Part shown: positions 1 to 8,877 of the stretch, one piece after another | How positions within the stretch are numbered: position 1 is the stretch's first letter | Layout of the letters: every line of letters begins with the position of its first letter | From: Candidatus Staskawiczbacteria bacterium | GTDB lineage: Bacteria > Patescibacteriota > Minisyncoccia > Minisyncoccales > Staskawiczbacteraceae | Reading direction: 5' to 3' | NCBI GenBank assembly: GCA_041659225.1 | Contig: JBAZYR010000005.1 | Location: forward strand, 7,282 to 71,281 | Length of the DNA: 64,000 nt | The notes under the pieces: generated by a model | Seen by the model: only the letters and a program-made list of their open reading frames with translations | What the model was told of the DNA's origin: nothing | The model's database searches: none | Translations under genes and position numbers: made by a program

Positions 1-2
1 AG

Positions 3-155
3 TGCGGTGCTCACTATACAAAGATTCGAAGACCAGTAAAGCTAGTTTATTCTGAGAAATTTAGTGATTTGAAATCAGCCAGAGGCCGGGAAGCGGAGAT
101 AAAAAAATGGAGAAGAAGTAAAAAATTAGAACTTGTACGGGGACACAAGAGATGA
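3..155 (+). CDS. GIY-YIG nuclease family protein, C-terminal fragment (5' end outside the window)
   Basis: Frame-3 translation from nt 3 gives ...GAHYTKIRRPVKLVYSEKFSDLKSARGREAEIKKWRRSKKLELV*. This matches the conserved C-terminal half of small GIY-YIG (YhbQ-like) proteins (RGRRPxKLVY.E.F....A..RE..IK). Stop TGA at 153-155. Confidence 0.4.
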   Translation, partial: CGAHYTKIRRPVKLVYSEKFSDLKSARGREAEIKKWRRSKKLELVRGHKR

Positions 156-206
156 CATATTTCCGTTTTGGATAACAATTTTTTGGTTGCGTCATATGAA
201 GAAAGG

Positions 207-235
207 TTGACAGTTGTTATATAGGGAACATAATA
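207..235 (+). promoter_or_regulatory. sigma70-like promoter (TTGACA-17-ATAATA) upstream of the metalloprotease gene
   Basis: TTGACA at 207-212, a 17-nt spacer, then ATAATA at 230-235. ATG at 273. Confidence 0.4.
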
Positions 236-272
236 AAGTAATGTGTATTGTAAATTATTGATATAATAAGAG

Positions 273-2903
273 ATGAAAAAATATATATTTCTGGCTTCTT
301 TATTAGTAATCATTCTATTCGTTCTGGCACAGGTTTCTCTTTTTTTCTTCGATTTACCCTTTGGCTCGTGGCTGCGGAGTGTAAAAAACAGTTTCTGGCA
401 GACCGCTGCCGTTAGCAAGGCAGGTGAAAACGTTTCCCTGACCGGGGAATTGGTCCAGTGGCACTTAGACGATATCCAAGGAAAGAAAAGTAAAAACCTT
501 TTTTCTCTTAAATTGGCCGGACAGGAATATTCGCTTGATTTTGAGCAGGAAGTCGAGGAAATGTTTATTGAAAAAACTGTCGCTACCGTCACTGGAAAAA
601 AGACGGGCAATAAAATTCGTGTTTCTAGAGATGGGCTCCAGATAGTCTCCAAACCAAATCCTAAAATTGTCCCCATGGATTTCGGGCCAACGACTAAAAA
701 AGTGGCAGTAATTCTCTTTAATTTCCAGGATAATACCGCTCAGCCATGGACCGTCGACAATATCCGTGCGAAGACTTTTACTGATCCGACATCGGTCAAA
801 GCGTATTATAACGAGGCTTCCTTCGAAAAATTAATTTTAAGTAGCGCGATACGCGGCGATGGTGACGTTTTCGGTTGGTATACGGTGCCATTTCCAGAGG
901 GTGTTAACTGTTTGGAATCCACCAATCGGGCGTGGGCGCAAAATGCCGAAACTCAAGCAGCTGCTAACGGTTTTATAAAAAGCAACTATGACGCGGTTAT
1001 CTATGCTTTTCCCTGGGTTGAGGCCTGTAGCGGTTGGAGCGGCTGGACCTTCGGCATTGGAAGCAGTCAGGTCTGGATTAATGGCTCCTATTCACTTTAC
1101 ACCGTTGGTCATGAACTTGGGCATGTTTTCGGCGTTAACCATGCTTCTACATACAATTGCACTAATAGCCAGGGAGCCCGAGTCCCCATCAGTGACACTT
1201 GCACGACAAACGAATATGGTGACCCTTTTGATATCATGGGCTATCCTGCGACTAAACATTTTAGCGGATTTCATAAGGCTCAGTTACCGGGCAATTGGTT
1301 CGGTTCGAATAATATACAAACTGTCTCTGCAGATGGAACATTCACCTTGAGGCCGCTTGAATCAGGTTCAGAAGGCCTGCAATCTTTAAGAATTCCCAAG
1401 GATATTGATTCGCAAGGCTTAGCCACCAGTTATTATTATTTAGAATATCGTCAACCTTTAGGTTTCGATAATTTTAACATAACTGATCCGGTGGTTAACG
1501 GCGTTTCTGTCCGGCTGGCTTCCGATTACTCGAGTTCTGGCTTTTCCCGGCTGATAGATAATACTTCTGCTACTGCTAGTTTCTCTGACTCCGCGCTGGC
1601 AGCCGGAAACACCTTTACCGATTCCGCAAAAGGAATAAGTATCACCACCATGAGTGTCTCTGCTCCCTCTGACCCCGATAAAAAAGCCGTCGTTAGTATC
1701 GACATAAATCCCGGCTGTGCCCGGGCTAATCCGTTAGCGACGTTTACTCCGTCTTCACAAACCGGAAATCGAGGTGAGACGCTTACATATTCGGTAAATA
1801 TCACTAACAACGATACTACTTCATGCTCTTCCTCGATTTTTGCTCTTGCCCTAGCCATCCCAAGTGGATGGCTCTATTCCGCTTCGAGCGAACAGGTGAC
1901 TTTGAATCCTGGTGAAAGCCAAACGATTGATCTAGATGTCACGGCGTCTCAAAATGCAACGGCCGGTAGTTTCGTACTTCCCTTGCTCGTCAGCGACATT
2001 GCCAATCCTAATCGGCTGGTAAGCAAGAAGTCCTATTATGAGGTAATCGATTGTGGCAACAGTATTTGCGAGAATAAAGAAGACTTTTTATGGTGTCCGA
2101 GTGACTGTAACGCCTATCGAGTTTTCGTTTCGAGTACTTCTTATTCTGGGAATCTTGGCGGCGTGTCTGGAGCTGATGCCACCTGCCAGGCGTTGGCTCA
2201 AGCTGCAGGCCTAACTGGCAATTGGATGGCGTATCTGGGTGACAATTCTACCGGTCCGATGGAAAGATTGTTTCAAGCGGTTGTCGACCGGCCTTACAAA
2301 CTCGTGAACGGTACCCTGCTGGCCACCAATCGGGCCGATTTGGCGGACCGAACAGTGTCGGCCCCGATCAACGTAGCTGAAGATGGCTCTACCGTTCCCA
2401 GCAGCGATGTTTGGACAGGTTCTAACAGTTTTAACGTGAGGCAGGATATGCCGATGAATTATTCTGACGCCAGATGCTATAACTGGACGTCCAATAAAAG
2501 CGCTCCTTTAATCGGAATTTCGGGCACTAATGATAACTTGGGCGCTTGGGACGGAGTCAAATTTCCTTCTTGCTCAAATTACAATCGGCTTTACTGTTTT
2601 GAGAAATATTATGCTGACACGACTCCTCCGGCTGTTGCTATTACCACTCCGATCAACGGTTTCGTTTTACCCAGTAAGGGCACGGTGATTGTTTCTGCCG
2701 ACGCAGCTGATCAAAGTGGAATCAGCAAAATCGAGATTTTCATTGATAATGTCTCCAAGCAAGTCTGTTCTAATATCAACACCTGTCCGTATTCATGGAA
2801 TGTGCAGGGAGTGACCCGAGGGACACACTCCATCAAAGTTGATGCCACCGACGGTTCCATTCCAGCAAATATTTCAAGTACCAATATCGTCGTAACCAAG
2901 TAA
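273..2903 (+). CDS. secreted zinc metalloprotease-like protein (HExxH) with C-terminal Ig-like/CARDB-like domains
   Basis: N-terminal signal/TM segment. HELGHVFGVNH zincin motif. Long Thr/Ser-rich beta-rich C-terminus with repeated domains. 876 aa. Confidence 0.55.
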   Translation: MKKYIFLASLLVIILFVLAQVSLFFFDLPFGSWLRSVKNSFWQTAAVSKAGENVSLTGELVQWHLDDIQGKKSKNLFSLKLAGQEYSLDFEQEVEEMFIEKTVATVTGKKTGNKIRVSRDGLQIVSKPNPKIVPMDFGPTTKKVAVILFNFQDNTAQPWTVDNIRAKTFTDPTSVKAYYNEASFEKLILSSAIRGDGDVFGWYTVPFPEGVNCLESTNRAWAQNAETQAAANGFIKSNYDAVIYAFPWVEACSGWSGWTFGIGSSQVWINGSYSLYTVGHELGHVFGVNHASTYNCTNSQGARVPISDTCTTNEYGDPFDIMGYPATKHFSGFHKAQLPGNWFGSNNIQTVSADGTFTLRPLESGSEGLQSLRIPKDIDSQGLATSYYYLEYRQPLGFDNFNITDPVVNGVSVRLASDYSSSGFSRLIDNTSATASFSDSALAAGNTFTDSAKGISITTMSVSAPSDPDKKAVVSIDINPGCARANPLATFTPSSQTGNRGETLTYSVNITNNDTTSCSSSIFALALAIPSGWLYSASSEQVTLNPGESQTIDLDVTASQNATAGSFVLPLLVSDIANPNRLVSKKSYYEVIDCGNSICENKEDFLWCPSDCNAYRVFVSSTSYSGNLGGVSGADATCQALAQAAGLTGNWMAYLGDNSTGPMERLFQAVVDRPYKLVNGTLLATNRADLADRTVSAPINVAEDGSTVPSSDVWTGSNSFNVRQDMPMNYSDARCYNWTSNKSAPLIGISGTNDNLGAWDGVKFPSCSNYNRLYCFEKYYADTTPPAVAITTPINGFVLPSKGTVIVSADAADQSGISKIEIFIDNVSKQVCSNINTCPYSWNVQGVTRGTHSIKVDATDGSIPANISSTNIVVTK

Positions 2904-2962
2904 TGCAAGCGGAATTCCGGAGTTTTAATTATATTTGGGGTTGATACAATCAGCTGCTGTAT

Positions 2963-3886
2963 TTGAAGATATACATGCAAAAAAAGTCGCCATTTCGGCG
3001 ATTTTTTGCTATCATGCATAATATGGAAAAAGATAACGCGAAGAAAGTTTCTAAAGATAAATACGGAGCTGTGTGGGTGTCTCACTCGTCCATCGGCGAT
3101 TTTTTGAAATGTCCCCGAGCCTATTATCTGCATAATATGTATAAGAATAAAGAAAATCGAAAGATAAATTTAGTAAGTCCGGCTTTATCGTTAGGCTCGG
3201 CGGTGCACGAAACTCTGGAAGGCTTGGCAAAGTACAAAGTGGCCGAAAGGTTTAAAAAACCTTTATTGGATACGTTCGAGGAAAATTGGAAAAAGTTCTC
3301 CGGTAAGATCGGCGGATTCAGACTAAAGGAAGAGGAAGATAATGCAAAGGAACGCGCGCGGCAAATGGTAGAAAGGGTTGTTAAAAATCCCGGGCCTCTG
3401 CTAAATAAAACGCTAAAATTGAAGACCGACGAAAGCGGGATGCCGCCGAACTTTCTTTTGTCCGAAGCCGATAACATAATATTAAATGGAAAGGTTGATT
3501 GGTTAGAATACGTTGATGCAGACGACAGTGTGCGGGTTATCGATTTTAAAACCGGGAAAACCGAAGAAGGGCAAGACTCGCTTCAGTTGCCGATATATAT
3601 TCTACTTTTGAACGCTCTGCAGAAACGAAAGGTTTCAGGTGTTGCGTATTGGTATTTAGATCATGCCGATGCTCCAACAAGCATCGCGCTGCCCGATATT
3701 GAAAGCGCCCGTGAAAGGGTTTTGTCGGCTGCAAAAATGATTAAAATAGCCCGGGAGAAAGGTCGTTTTGAGTGCACGAGAGGAACACAAGGTTGTTTTG
3801 CGTGCCAGCCGTACGAAAAGATTTTAAGGGGCGAAGCGGAGTTCGTAGGCATCGGCGGATATAATCAGGAATTGTATCTAATATGA
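2963..3886 (+). CDS. Cas4-like PD-(D/E)XK nuclease with 4-Cys Fe-S cluster (RecB-family nuclease domain)
   Basis: N-terminal Cys (CPRAYY). Nuclease motifs GKVDWLE and IDFKTGK (D...D/ExK), then QLPIYILLL (QxxxY). C-terminal CTRGTQGCFACQPY (3 Cys). This pattern is typical of Cas4/AddB/Dna2 nuclease domains. 4-bp ATGA overlap with the downstream helicase gene. Confidence 0.7.
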   Translation: MKIYMQKKSPFRRFFAIMHNMEKDNAKKVSKDKYGAVWVSHSSIGDFLKCPRAYYLHNMYKNKENRKINLVSPALSLGSAVHETLEGLAKYKVAERFKKPLLDTFEENWKKFSGKIGGFRLKEEEDNAKERARQMVERVVKNPGPLLNKTLKLKTDESGMPPNFLLSEADNIILNGKVDWLEYVDADDSVRVIDFKTGKTEEGQDSLQLPIYILLLNALQKRKVSGVAYWYLDHADAPTSIALPDIESARERVLSAAKMIKIAREKGRFECTRGTQGCFACQPYEKILRGEAEFVGIGGYNQELYLI

Positions 3887-5196
3887 CACAGGAAGAAGCG
3901 TTGAGCGCTATGAAAATGGGGTACAATGTATTCCTTACCGGCCCGCCAGGGAGCGGTAAAACTTTTTTATTAAACCGATATATCTTGTACTTAAAGAAGA
4001 AGGACATCGCAGTTTCAATCACCGCCAGTACGGGTATCGCAGCTACCCATATGGGCGGCACAACTTTACATTCGTGGTCAGGATTGGGGATAAGAGAGGA
4101 AGTCGGGGATGACGAAGTAAAATATATTGCCGACAAGGGATATTTGCGCAAACGAATAAAAAACACGAATGTTTTGATCATTGACGAGATATCTATGATA
4201 AAGGCTTCGCAGTTCGAGGCGGTAAACAAGATTTGCCAATATGTGCGGCGAAACCCACGGCCATTCGGCGGAATTCAGGTCATATGTTCGGGTGACTTTT
4301 TTCAATTGCCTCCAGTTGAAAGAGAGGGGAGAGAGGTAAAGTTTGTCGTAGAGTCTAACATTTGGAAGAAAATGGATATGAAAATTTGTTACCTTCTTGA
4401 ACAGTATAGGACAAAGGATAAAAAGCTGCATAAGCTGCTCGACCATATACGTGATAATGAAATAGATAAATCAAAGGCAATACTGTTTGCTGCGCAAAAG
4501 AAAGCAAAACCCTTACAGGATGTGCCGACAAAATTGTATACGCATAATGTTGACGTGGACAGTATCAACAATTCAGAGTTAGCGAAAATATCGGGCAAAG
4601 AATATACATACCAAATGACGGGACGCGGGCACGAGGTAGTCGTAGCCGCATTAAAGAAAAGCTGCCTGGCTCCTGAAATGCTTGTTTTAAAAAAGGATGC
4701 CCAAGTTATGTTTATTAAAAACAACTTTGAGGCCGGCTATGTTAACGGCACGCAGGGAAAGATCGTCGGCTTTGTCGGCGACGGCCTGCCGATTGTCAAA
4801 ACTCGTGACGGCAAGAGAATAACTGTAAAAACTGCTGATTGGACGATTGAGGAAGAGAATTCAGTCGTGGCCGGCATTTCCCAAATACCCTTGAGGCTCG
4901 CGTGGGCAATTACAGTACATAAGTCTCAAGGAATGAACCTGGACTCGGCGGAGATTGACCTTTCCCGGTGCTTTTTAGAAGGTATGGGTTACGTAGCTTT
5001 ATCTCGCATAAGGTCGCTTGAAGGGCTGAAGTTGGTAGGCATAAATAACCTGGCGTTTTGCGTGAATCCCCGGGCTTTGGAACTTGATAAAGATTTCAGA
5101 AAGTCCTCGAAAAAATCTCTGATTGAATTAAATAAAATGTCTGCTGCAGCTATAGGCAAGCGCCAGAAACTGTGGGTTAAGTATCTTTCTAACTGA
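3883..5196 (+). CDS. Pif1-family SF1B DNA helicase
   Basis: Walker A LTGPPGSGKTF. Walker B VLIIDEISM. Pif1 signature motif SGDFFQLPPV. Motif TVHKSQGMNLD. 437 aa. Confidence 0.8.
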   Translation: MTQEEALSAMKMGYNVFLTGPPGSGKTFLLNRYILYLKKKDIAVSITASTGIAATHMGGTTLHSWSGLGIREEVGDDEVKYIADKGYLRKRIKNTNVLIIDEISMIKASQFEAVNKICQYVRRNPRPFGGIQVICSGDFFQLPPVEREGREVKFVVESNIWKKMDMKICYLLEQYRTKDKKLHKLLDHIRDNEIDKSKAILFAAQKKAKPLQDVPTKLYTHNVDVDSINNSELAKISGKEYTYQMTGRGHEVVVAALKKSCLAPEMLVLKKDAQVMFIKNNFEAGYVNGTQGKIVGFVGDGLPIVKTRDGKRITVKTADWTIEEENSVVAGISQIPLRLAWAITVHKSQGMNLDSAEIDLSRCFLEGMGYVALSRIRSLEGLKLVGINNLAFCVNPRALELDKDFRKSSKKSLIELNKMSAAAIGKRQKLWVKYLSN

Positions 5197-5268
5197 AGCA
5201 GCAGAATCAGCAAACTGTCTTTTAATCGAGGCAGTTTTTTGGTAGAGTACAGTAATCAATTAAAAAAT

Positions 5269-6117
5269 ATGTTTTCCAGCGAAAGAAGAAGAGCAGAAGA
5301 ATATTTAGACCGGACACGCGTGGTTGCTGAAGAAGAATCAGATATTCTTTGTAAGAACTTTACCGAAATTGGTGCGGAAGTTGCAACTCCGTTAACTGAA
5401 AAGCCTTGGCAGGAAGAAGGCGTCGTTTCTTTTGAGCTGCCAACGGATGAAACGCAGGAAAAACCAACAGTCTGTACCATAGAATACGATTCTTTTTTGG
5501 ATGAAAAAATAACTGACCATGTCCGGGCGTATTCAAATCCTGATGCGTATGACGATAAACCAGACGCAAGTCTTTACCGGCGCATTAAAGGTTTTGTTTT
5601 AGATAACGGTGAAGACAGATTTGATTTGAAAACCTTCGGAGAAAATTCCGTCTACATGTATTTCGATCCGAACGAAGACCCGCAGGCGTGCGTAGTTTCG
5701 TCGGCCGGCTTCATGGACGAGAAAATCGGGTTTTTTCACATTAAGGGCGACTTGAGGACAGTTTTCGGAATACATATTTTACTCCACGAGCTCGGACATA
5801 TATCTTCTGAAAAGACGCCTTCTCGGGAGACGAAATTACGAACCCTCGCTCGCGGGAAACATAACAGGCAAGAAGGGACCGTGGCGAAGGAACAGGCAGC
5901 TATTATACGTGCGGAGAAATCCGCAAGTGCATTTGCAGTAAACCTTGAAAGAAAATTTCTCCCGGCAGATATTGTCCGAGATTTACGCACCTTGTGCCAT
6001 TTTTCAATAAACAACTACCATCAGGAATTCGACGCTCAGGCAGAATTCAATAAAGGTCAGCACAAAGAGGGTTGGATAAAGGAAATGGCAAAAAAATTGT
6101 TCAAAGTAGAAACGTAA
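5269..6117 (+). CDS. hypothetical protein with HExxH (HELGH) motif, possible zincin-like peptidase
   Basis: ORF track starts at TTG 5239, which lies inside a T-run/TGGTAGAGT promoter-like element. The first ATG is at 5269 in the same frame. Motif ILLHELGHISSEK. Confidence 0.4.
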   Translation: MFSSERRRAEEYLDRTRVVAEEESDILCKNFTEIGAEVATPLTEKPWQEEGVVSFELPTDETQEKPTVCTIEYDSFLDEKITDHVRAYSNPDAYDDKPDASLYRRIKGFVLDNGEDRFDLKTFGENSVYMYFDPNEDPQACVVSSAGFMDEKIGFFHIKGDLRTVFGIHILLHELGHISSEKTPSRETKLRTLARGKHNRQEGTVAKEQAAIIRAEKSASAFAVNLERKFLPADIVRDLRTLCHFSINNYHQEFDAQAEFNKGQHKEGWIKEMAKKLFKVET

Positions 6118-6133
6118 ACTGTGGATGTAAACT

Positions 6134-6748
6134 ATGAATATAATATTTGATTGGTCCGGCGTTATAAAAGACGCAGCAGCTGCACATTTGTGGGTAGTTA
6201 ACCGAATGTTCGAAAAGTTTGGCTTAAAAGAAATCACTCTTGAGGAGCTCAAAGAAAATTGGGTGCAGCCCTATATGCTTTTCTATAACAAATATCTGCC
6301 CAATCTGACGTTGGAGGAAGAACAGACTGCCTATCGGGAGGCAATATTGCACGAGGATTGTCCTAAATCAACGGCTTTTCCAGGAATCCCCGAGCTCGTT
6401 AAGAAGTTAAAAAAGAGAGGGGATTATGTCGCAGTTATTAGTTCTGATTTGCCGGAAACTGTATTGCCCGAGATGAAGGAATACGGCCTGGAGAATATAT
6501 TCGATGACGTTGTGATTCATACGCATGATAAAACTGAGGCGATAAAGAATTTAATAAACGTTCATAGCATGGAACCCGCGGTAACTTTTTTTATCGGGGA
6601 CAGCAACCACGAAATTATAGCCGGTAAACGCGCTAGAGTTAAGACAATTGCCGTAACGTGGGGCTTCAGTACCGAGCGAGGTTTAAAATCAGAAAATCCG
6701 GATTTCCTCGTCCACGATATTAAAGAGTTAGAAGAAGTTATAACATGA
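6134..6748 (+). CDS. HAD-superfamily hydrolase (phosphatase-like)
   Basis: N-terminal FDWSGV (HAD motif I-like). C-terminal FFIGDSNHEI (motif IV-like). 204 aa. ATGA overlap with the next gene. Confidence 0.6.
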   Translation: MNIIFDWSGVIKDAAAAHLWVVNRMFEKFGLKEITLEELKENWVQPYMLFYNKYLPNLTLEEEQTAYREAILHEDCPKSTAFPGIPELVKKLKKRGDYVAVISSDLPETVLPEMKEYGLENIFDDVVIHTHDKTEAIKNLINVHSMEPAVTFFIGDSNHEIIAGKRARVKTIAVTWGFSTERGLKSENPDFLVHDIKELEEVIT

Positions 6749-7008
6749 CAATAATAAAAAAGAAAATATGGCCGGAGTATTTTGAACTCGTTTCATCCGG
6801 CAAAAAGAAATTCGAGTTGCGGCTCGCCGATTTCGATATTAACGAAGGAGATACTTTATTGCTTGAAGAGTGGGATCCAAAAACAAAACAATACACGGGC
6901 AGAAGCATCGAGAAGAAGGCGGGATACGTACTACGTTTTAAGCTTAATGATTTCGGACAAGAGGAAGTGATCAAAGAAAAGGGGCTAGTCGTAATCCAGT
7001 TAGATTAG
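6745..7008 (+). CDS. ASCH/DUF3850-like small PUA-fold protein
   Basis: WPEYFELVSSGKKKFELRLADFDINEGDTLLLEEWD matches the DUF3850/ASCH pattern (EYF..I..G.KtFE.R.ND..f.vGD.l.L.E). Confidence 0.45.
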   Translation: MTIIKKKIWPEYFELVSSGKKKFELRLADFDINEGDTLLLEEWDPKTKQYTGRSIEKKAGYVLRFKLNDFGQEEVIKEKGLVVIQLD

Positions 7009-7009
7009 T

Positions 7010-8851
7010 ATGAAAAAATTGCTAATATCATTTATTATTATCGGTCTTTTGGGCATTCTTATCGTCGCTCTTTTTCTTTACGCCAATCCAACTAAAGGAA
7101 TAGATCCGATAGATACCCGTGAGCCGCAAGACGTGAGGCTCACGGACGAGCAGCTGAAAGAGGAAATCGGACAAATGATTATGATAGGTTTCCGCGGCAC
7201 AGAAGCCGCCGAAGATTCGGAAATTTCGAAGATAATCAAAGAAGTTAAAATTGGGGGCGTGGTTCTTTTCGACCTTGACGTCCCATCCAACTCCTTCCCG
7301 AGAAATATCGTGAATTATCAGCAGACAAAAGGATTAATCGCTAGTATCCAAAAATATTCAGTCACTCCGTTGTTTGTGGCTGTAGATGCCGAGGGAGGAA
7401 GTGTAAATCGCCTAAAAGCGAAATATGGGTTTTTGCCTATAGTCTCGGCAGAAAAAATGGGCGAGGATAAAACCCTGCAGACAGTGTATAGAGAATCCAC
7501 GGAGTTAGCAGGAGAGTTGAAAGGATTGGGGTTTAACATGAATCTAGCACCGGTGGTTGATGTAAATATCAATCCTGAAAGCCCGGCCATCGGAGCTTTA
7601 GGCCGTTCATTTTCTTCCGATCCGGAGGAAGTTATCAATCAAGCAAGAATATTCATACAGAATCATCTGGAAGATAATATTATTACAGTCGAAAAACATT
7701 TCCCCGGTCACGGGAGTGCAGCGGGGGATAGCCACAAGGGATTCACTGACGTAACAAATACATACCGGGCGGAGGAATTGATTCCTTTCCAAACGCTTAA
7801 TGAAGAGGGGCTGCTTAAAGCAGTGATGACCGCGCACATAACAAACGCGAATATTGACAAGGATTATCCCGCTACTTTGTCAAAATATTTTTTACAGGAC
7901 ATTCTGAGAGGTCAAATTGGGTTTGATGGAGTCATAATCTCTGACGACATGCAAATGGCTGCAATAAGCAATAACTATCCGCTTGATGAGGCGATTATTC
8001 TGTCCATCAACGCGGGAGTGGATGTAATAAGCGTTTTAAACAATAGTTCTAGCGGTTATGATGGCGAGATGGCGTATAAAGTGAGGGATATAATATTCAA
8101 TGCCGTAAAGGGAGGTAAAATTACTGAAGCGAGGATCGGAGAATCATATAATCGGATTTTAGATTTGAAGAACGAGTTTAAGATAATTCAATCTGCAAAG
8201 GATATTTCCCAGAAAATTGCGGAGATTTACTCTAGAAAGTTTGAATTAATAGGGGAGCCACAAACTCTTACATTCGGCCGAGCGCTAGAGACCGCCAAAT
8301 GGGTCGAAGAAATAGCTGTTATACGTCCAGCTTTTTTATTGTCCATTTTCCAAGAAGAATTGAAATTGGAGAAGTTCGATTTGTGCTATTTAACTAATTT
8401 TAAAACCGGAGAAGGCGTTCGGGCTAGTGATGGGAAAAAATTGGCTAAAGTTATGAAGCCGGATCGCGATATACACGATTTTTTAGATATTACAAAGGAG
8501 TTGGGAAAGGATCCTTCCAAAACCTTGGTTACCTGTCCGATGAGTTTCGGTTGGGGCGGGGCGATGGGCCCTGCTGATTTTATCCCGTCGACTTGGATGC
8601 GGTATAAAGATAAGATAGAGAAGATTACCGGGAAAGCGGCTGATCCTTGGAATATTCCGGATGCTTTTCTCGCCGCGGGATTATACTTATCCGATTCAGG
8701 GGCGAAGGCAAAAACGCATGAAGGCGAGTGGAATGCGGCGATGATATATTTTTCCGGGTCTCCAAATGCGCCATATACATGGTATGCCGACGGCGCGATG
8801 GCAATTGCAGAAGAAATACAGGGTGATATCGAAATGACTAAAGGATATTAG
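7010..8851 (+). CDS. bifunctional cell-wall enzyme: GH3 beta-N-acetylhexosaminidase (NagZ-like) fused to a lytic transglycosylase-like (MltB/SLT_2-like) C-terminal domain
   Basis: GH3 motifs: GQMIMIGFRG, GGVVLFD, VAVDAEGG, NLAPVVDV, KHFPGHGSAAGDSH. C-terminal GWGGAMGPADFIPSTW resembles the MltB-type GAMGxxQFxPsTw motif. Signal/TM N-terminus. Confidence 0.6.
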   Translation: MKKLLISFIIIGLLGILIVALFLYANPTKGIDPIDTREPQDVRLTDEQLKEEIGQMIMIGFRGTEAAEDSEISKIIKEVKIGGVVLFDLDVPSNSFPRNIVNYQQTKGLIASIQKYSVTPLFVAVDAEGGSVNRLKAKYGFLPIVSAEKMGEDKTLQTVYRESTELAGELKGLGFNMNLAPVVDVNINPESPAIGALGRSFSSDPEEVINQARIFIQNHLEDNIITVEKHFPGHGSAAGDSHKGFTDVTNTYRAEELIPFQTLNEEGLLKAVMTAHITNANIDKDYPATLSKYFLQDILRGQIGFDGVIISDDMQMAAISNNYPLDEAIILSINAGVDVISVLNNSSSGYDGEMAYKVRDIIFNAVKGGKITEARIGESYNRILDLKNEFKIIQSAKDISQKIAEIYSRKFELIGEPQTLTFGRALETAKWVEEIAVIRPAFLLSIFQEELKLEKFDLCYLTNFKTGEGVRASDGKKLAKVMKPDRDIHDFLDITKELGKDPSKTLVTCPMSFGWGGAMGPADFIPSTWMRYKDKIEKITGKAADPWNIPDAFLAAGLYLSDSGAKAKTHEGEWNAAMIYFSGSPNAPYTWYADGAMAIAEEIQGDIEMTKGY

Positions 8852-8877
8852 TAAATTTAGTAAAATCGACATATATT

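Noticed and set aside
47-676. 209-aa minus-strand ORF at the window start
   Set aside because: Overlaps the GIY-YIG C-terminal fragment, the plus-strand promoter and the first 400 nt of the metalloprotease gene. Low-complexity composition and no RBS. Typical antisense artefact.
988-1858. ORFs 988..1350 (+), 1092..1274 (-) and 1526..1858 (-) inside the metalloprotease gene
   Set aside because: Nested in a well-supported 876-aa CDS that contains the HExxH motif in exactly this region.
5239-5268. TTG start at 5239 for the HExxH hypothetical gene
   Set aside because: The TTG lies within the T-run/TGGTAGAGT promoter-like element. An in-frame ATG at 5269 gives a more plausible start.
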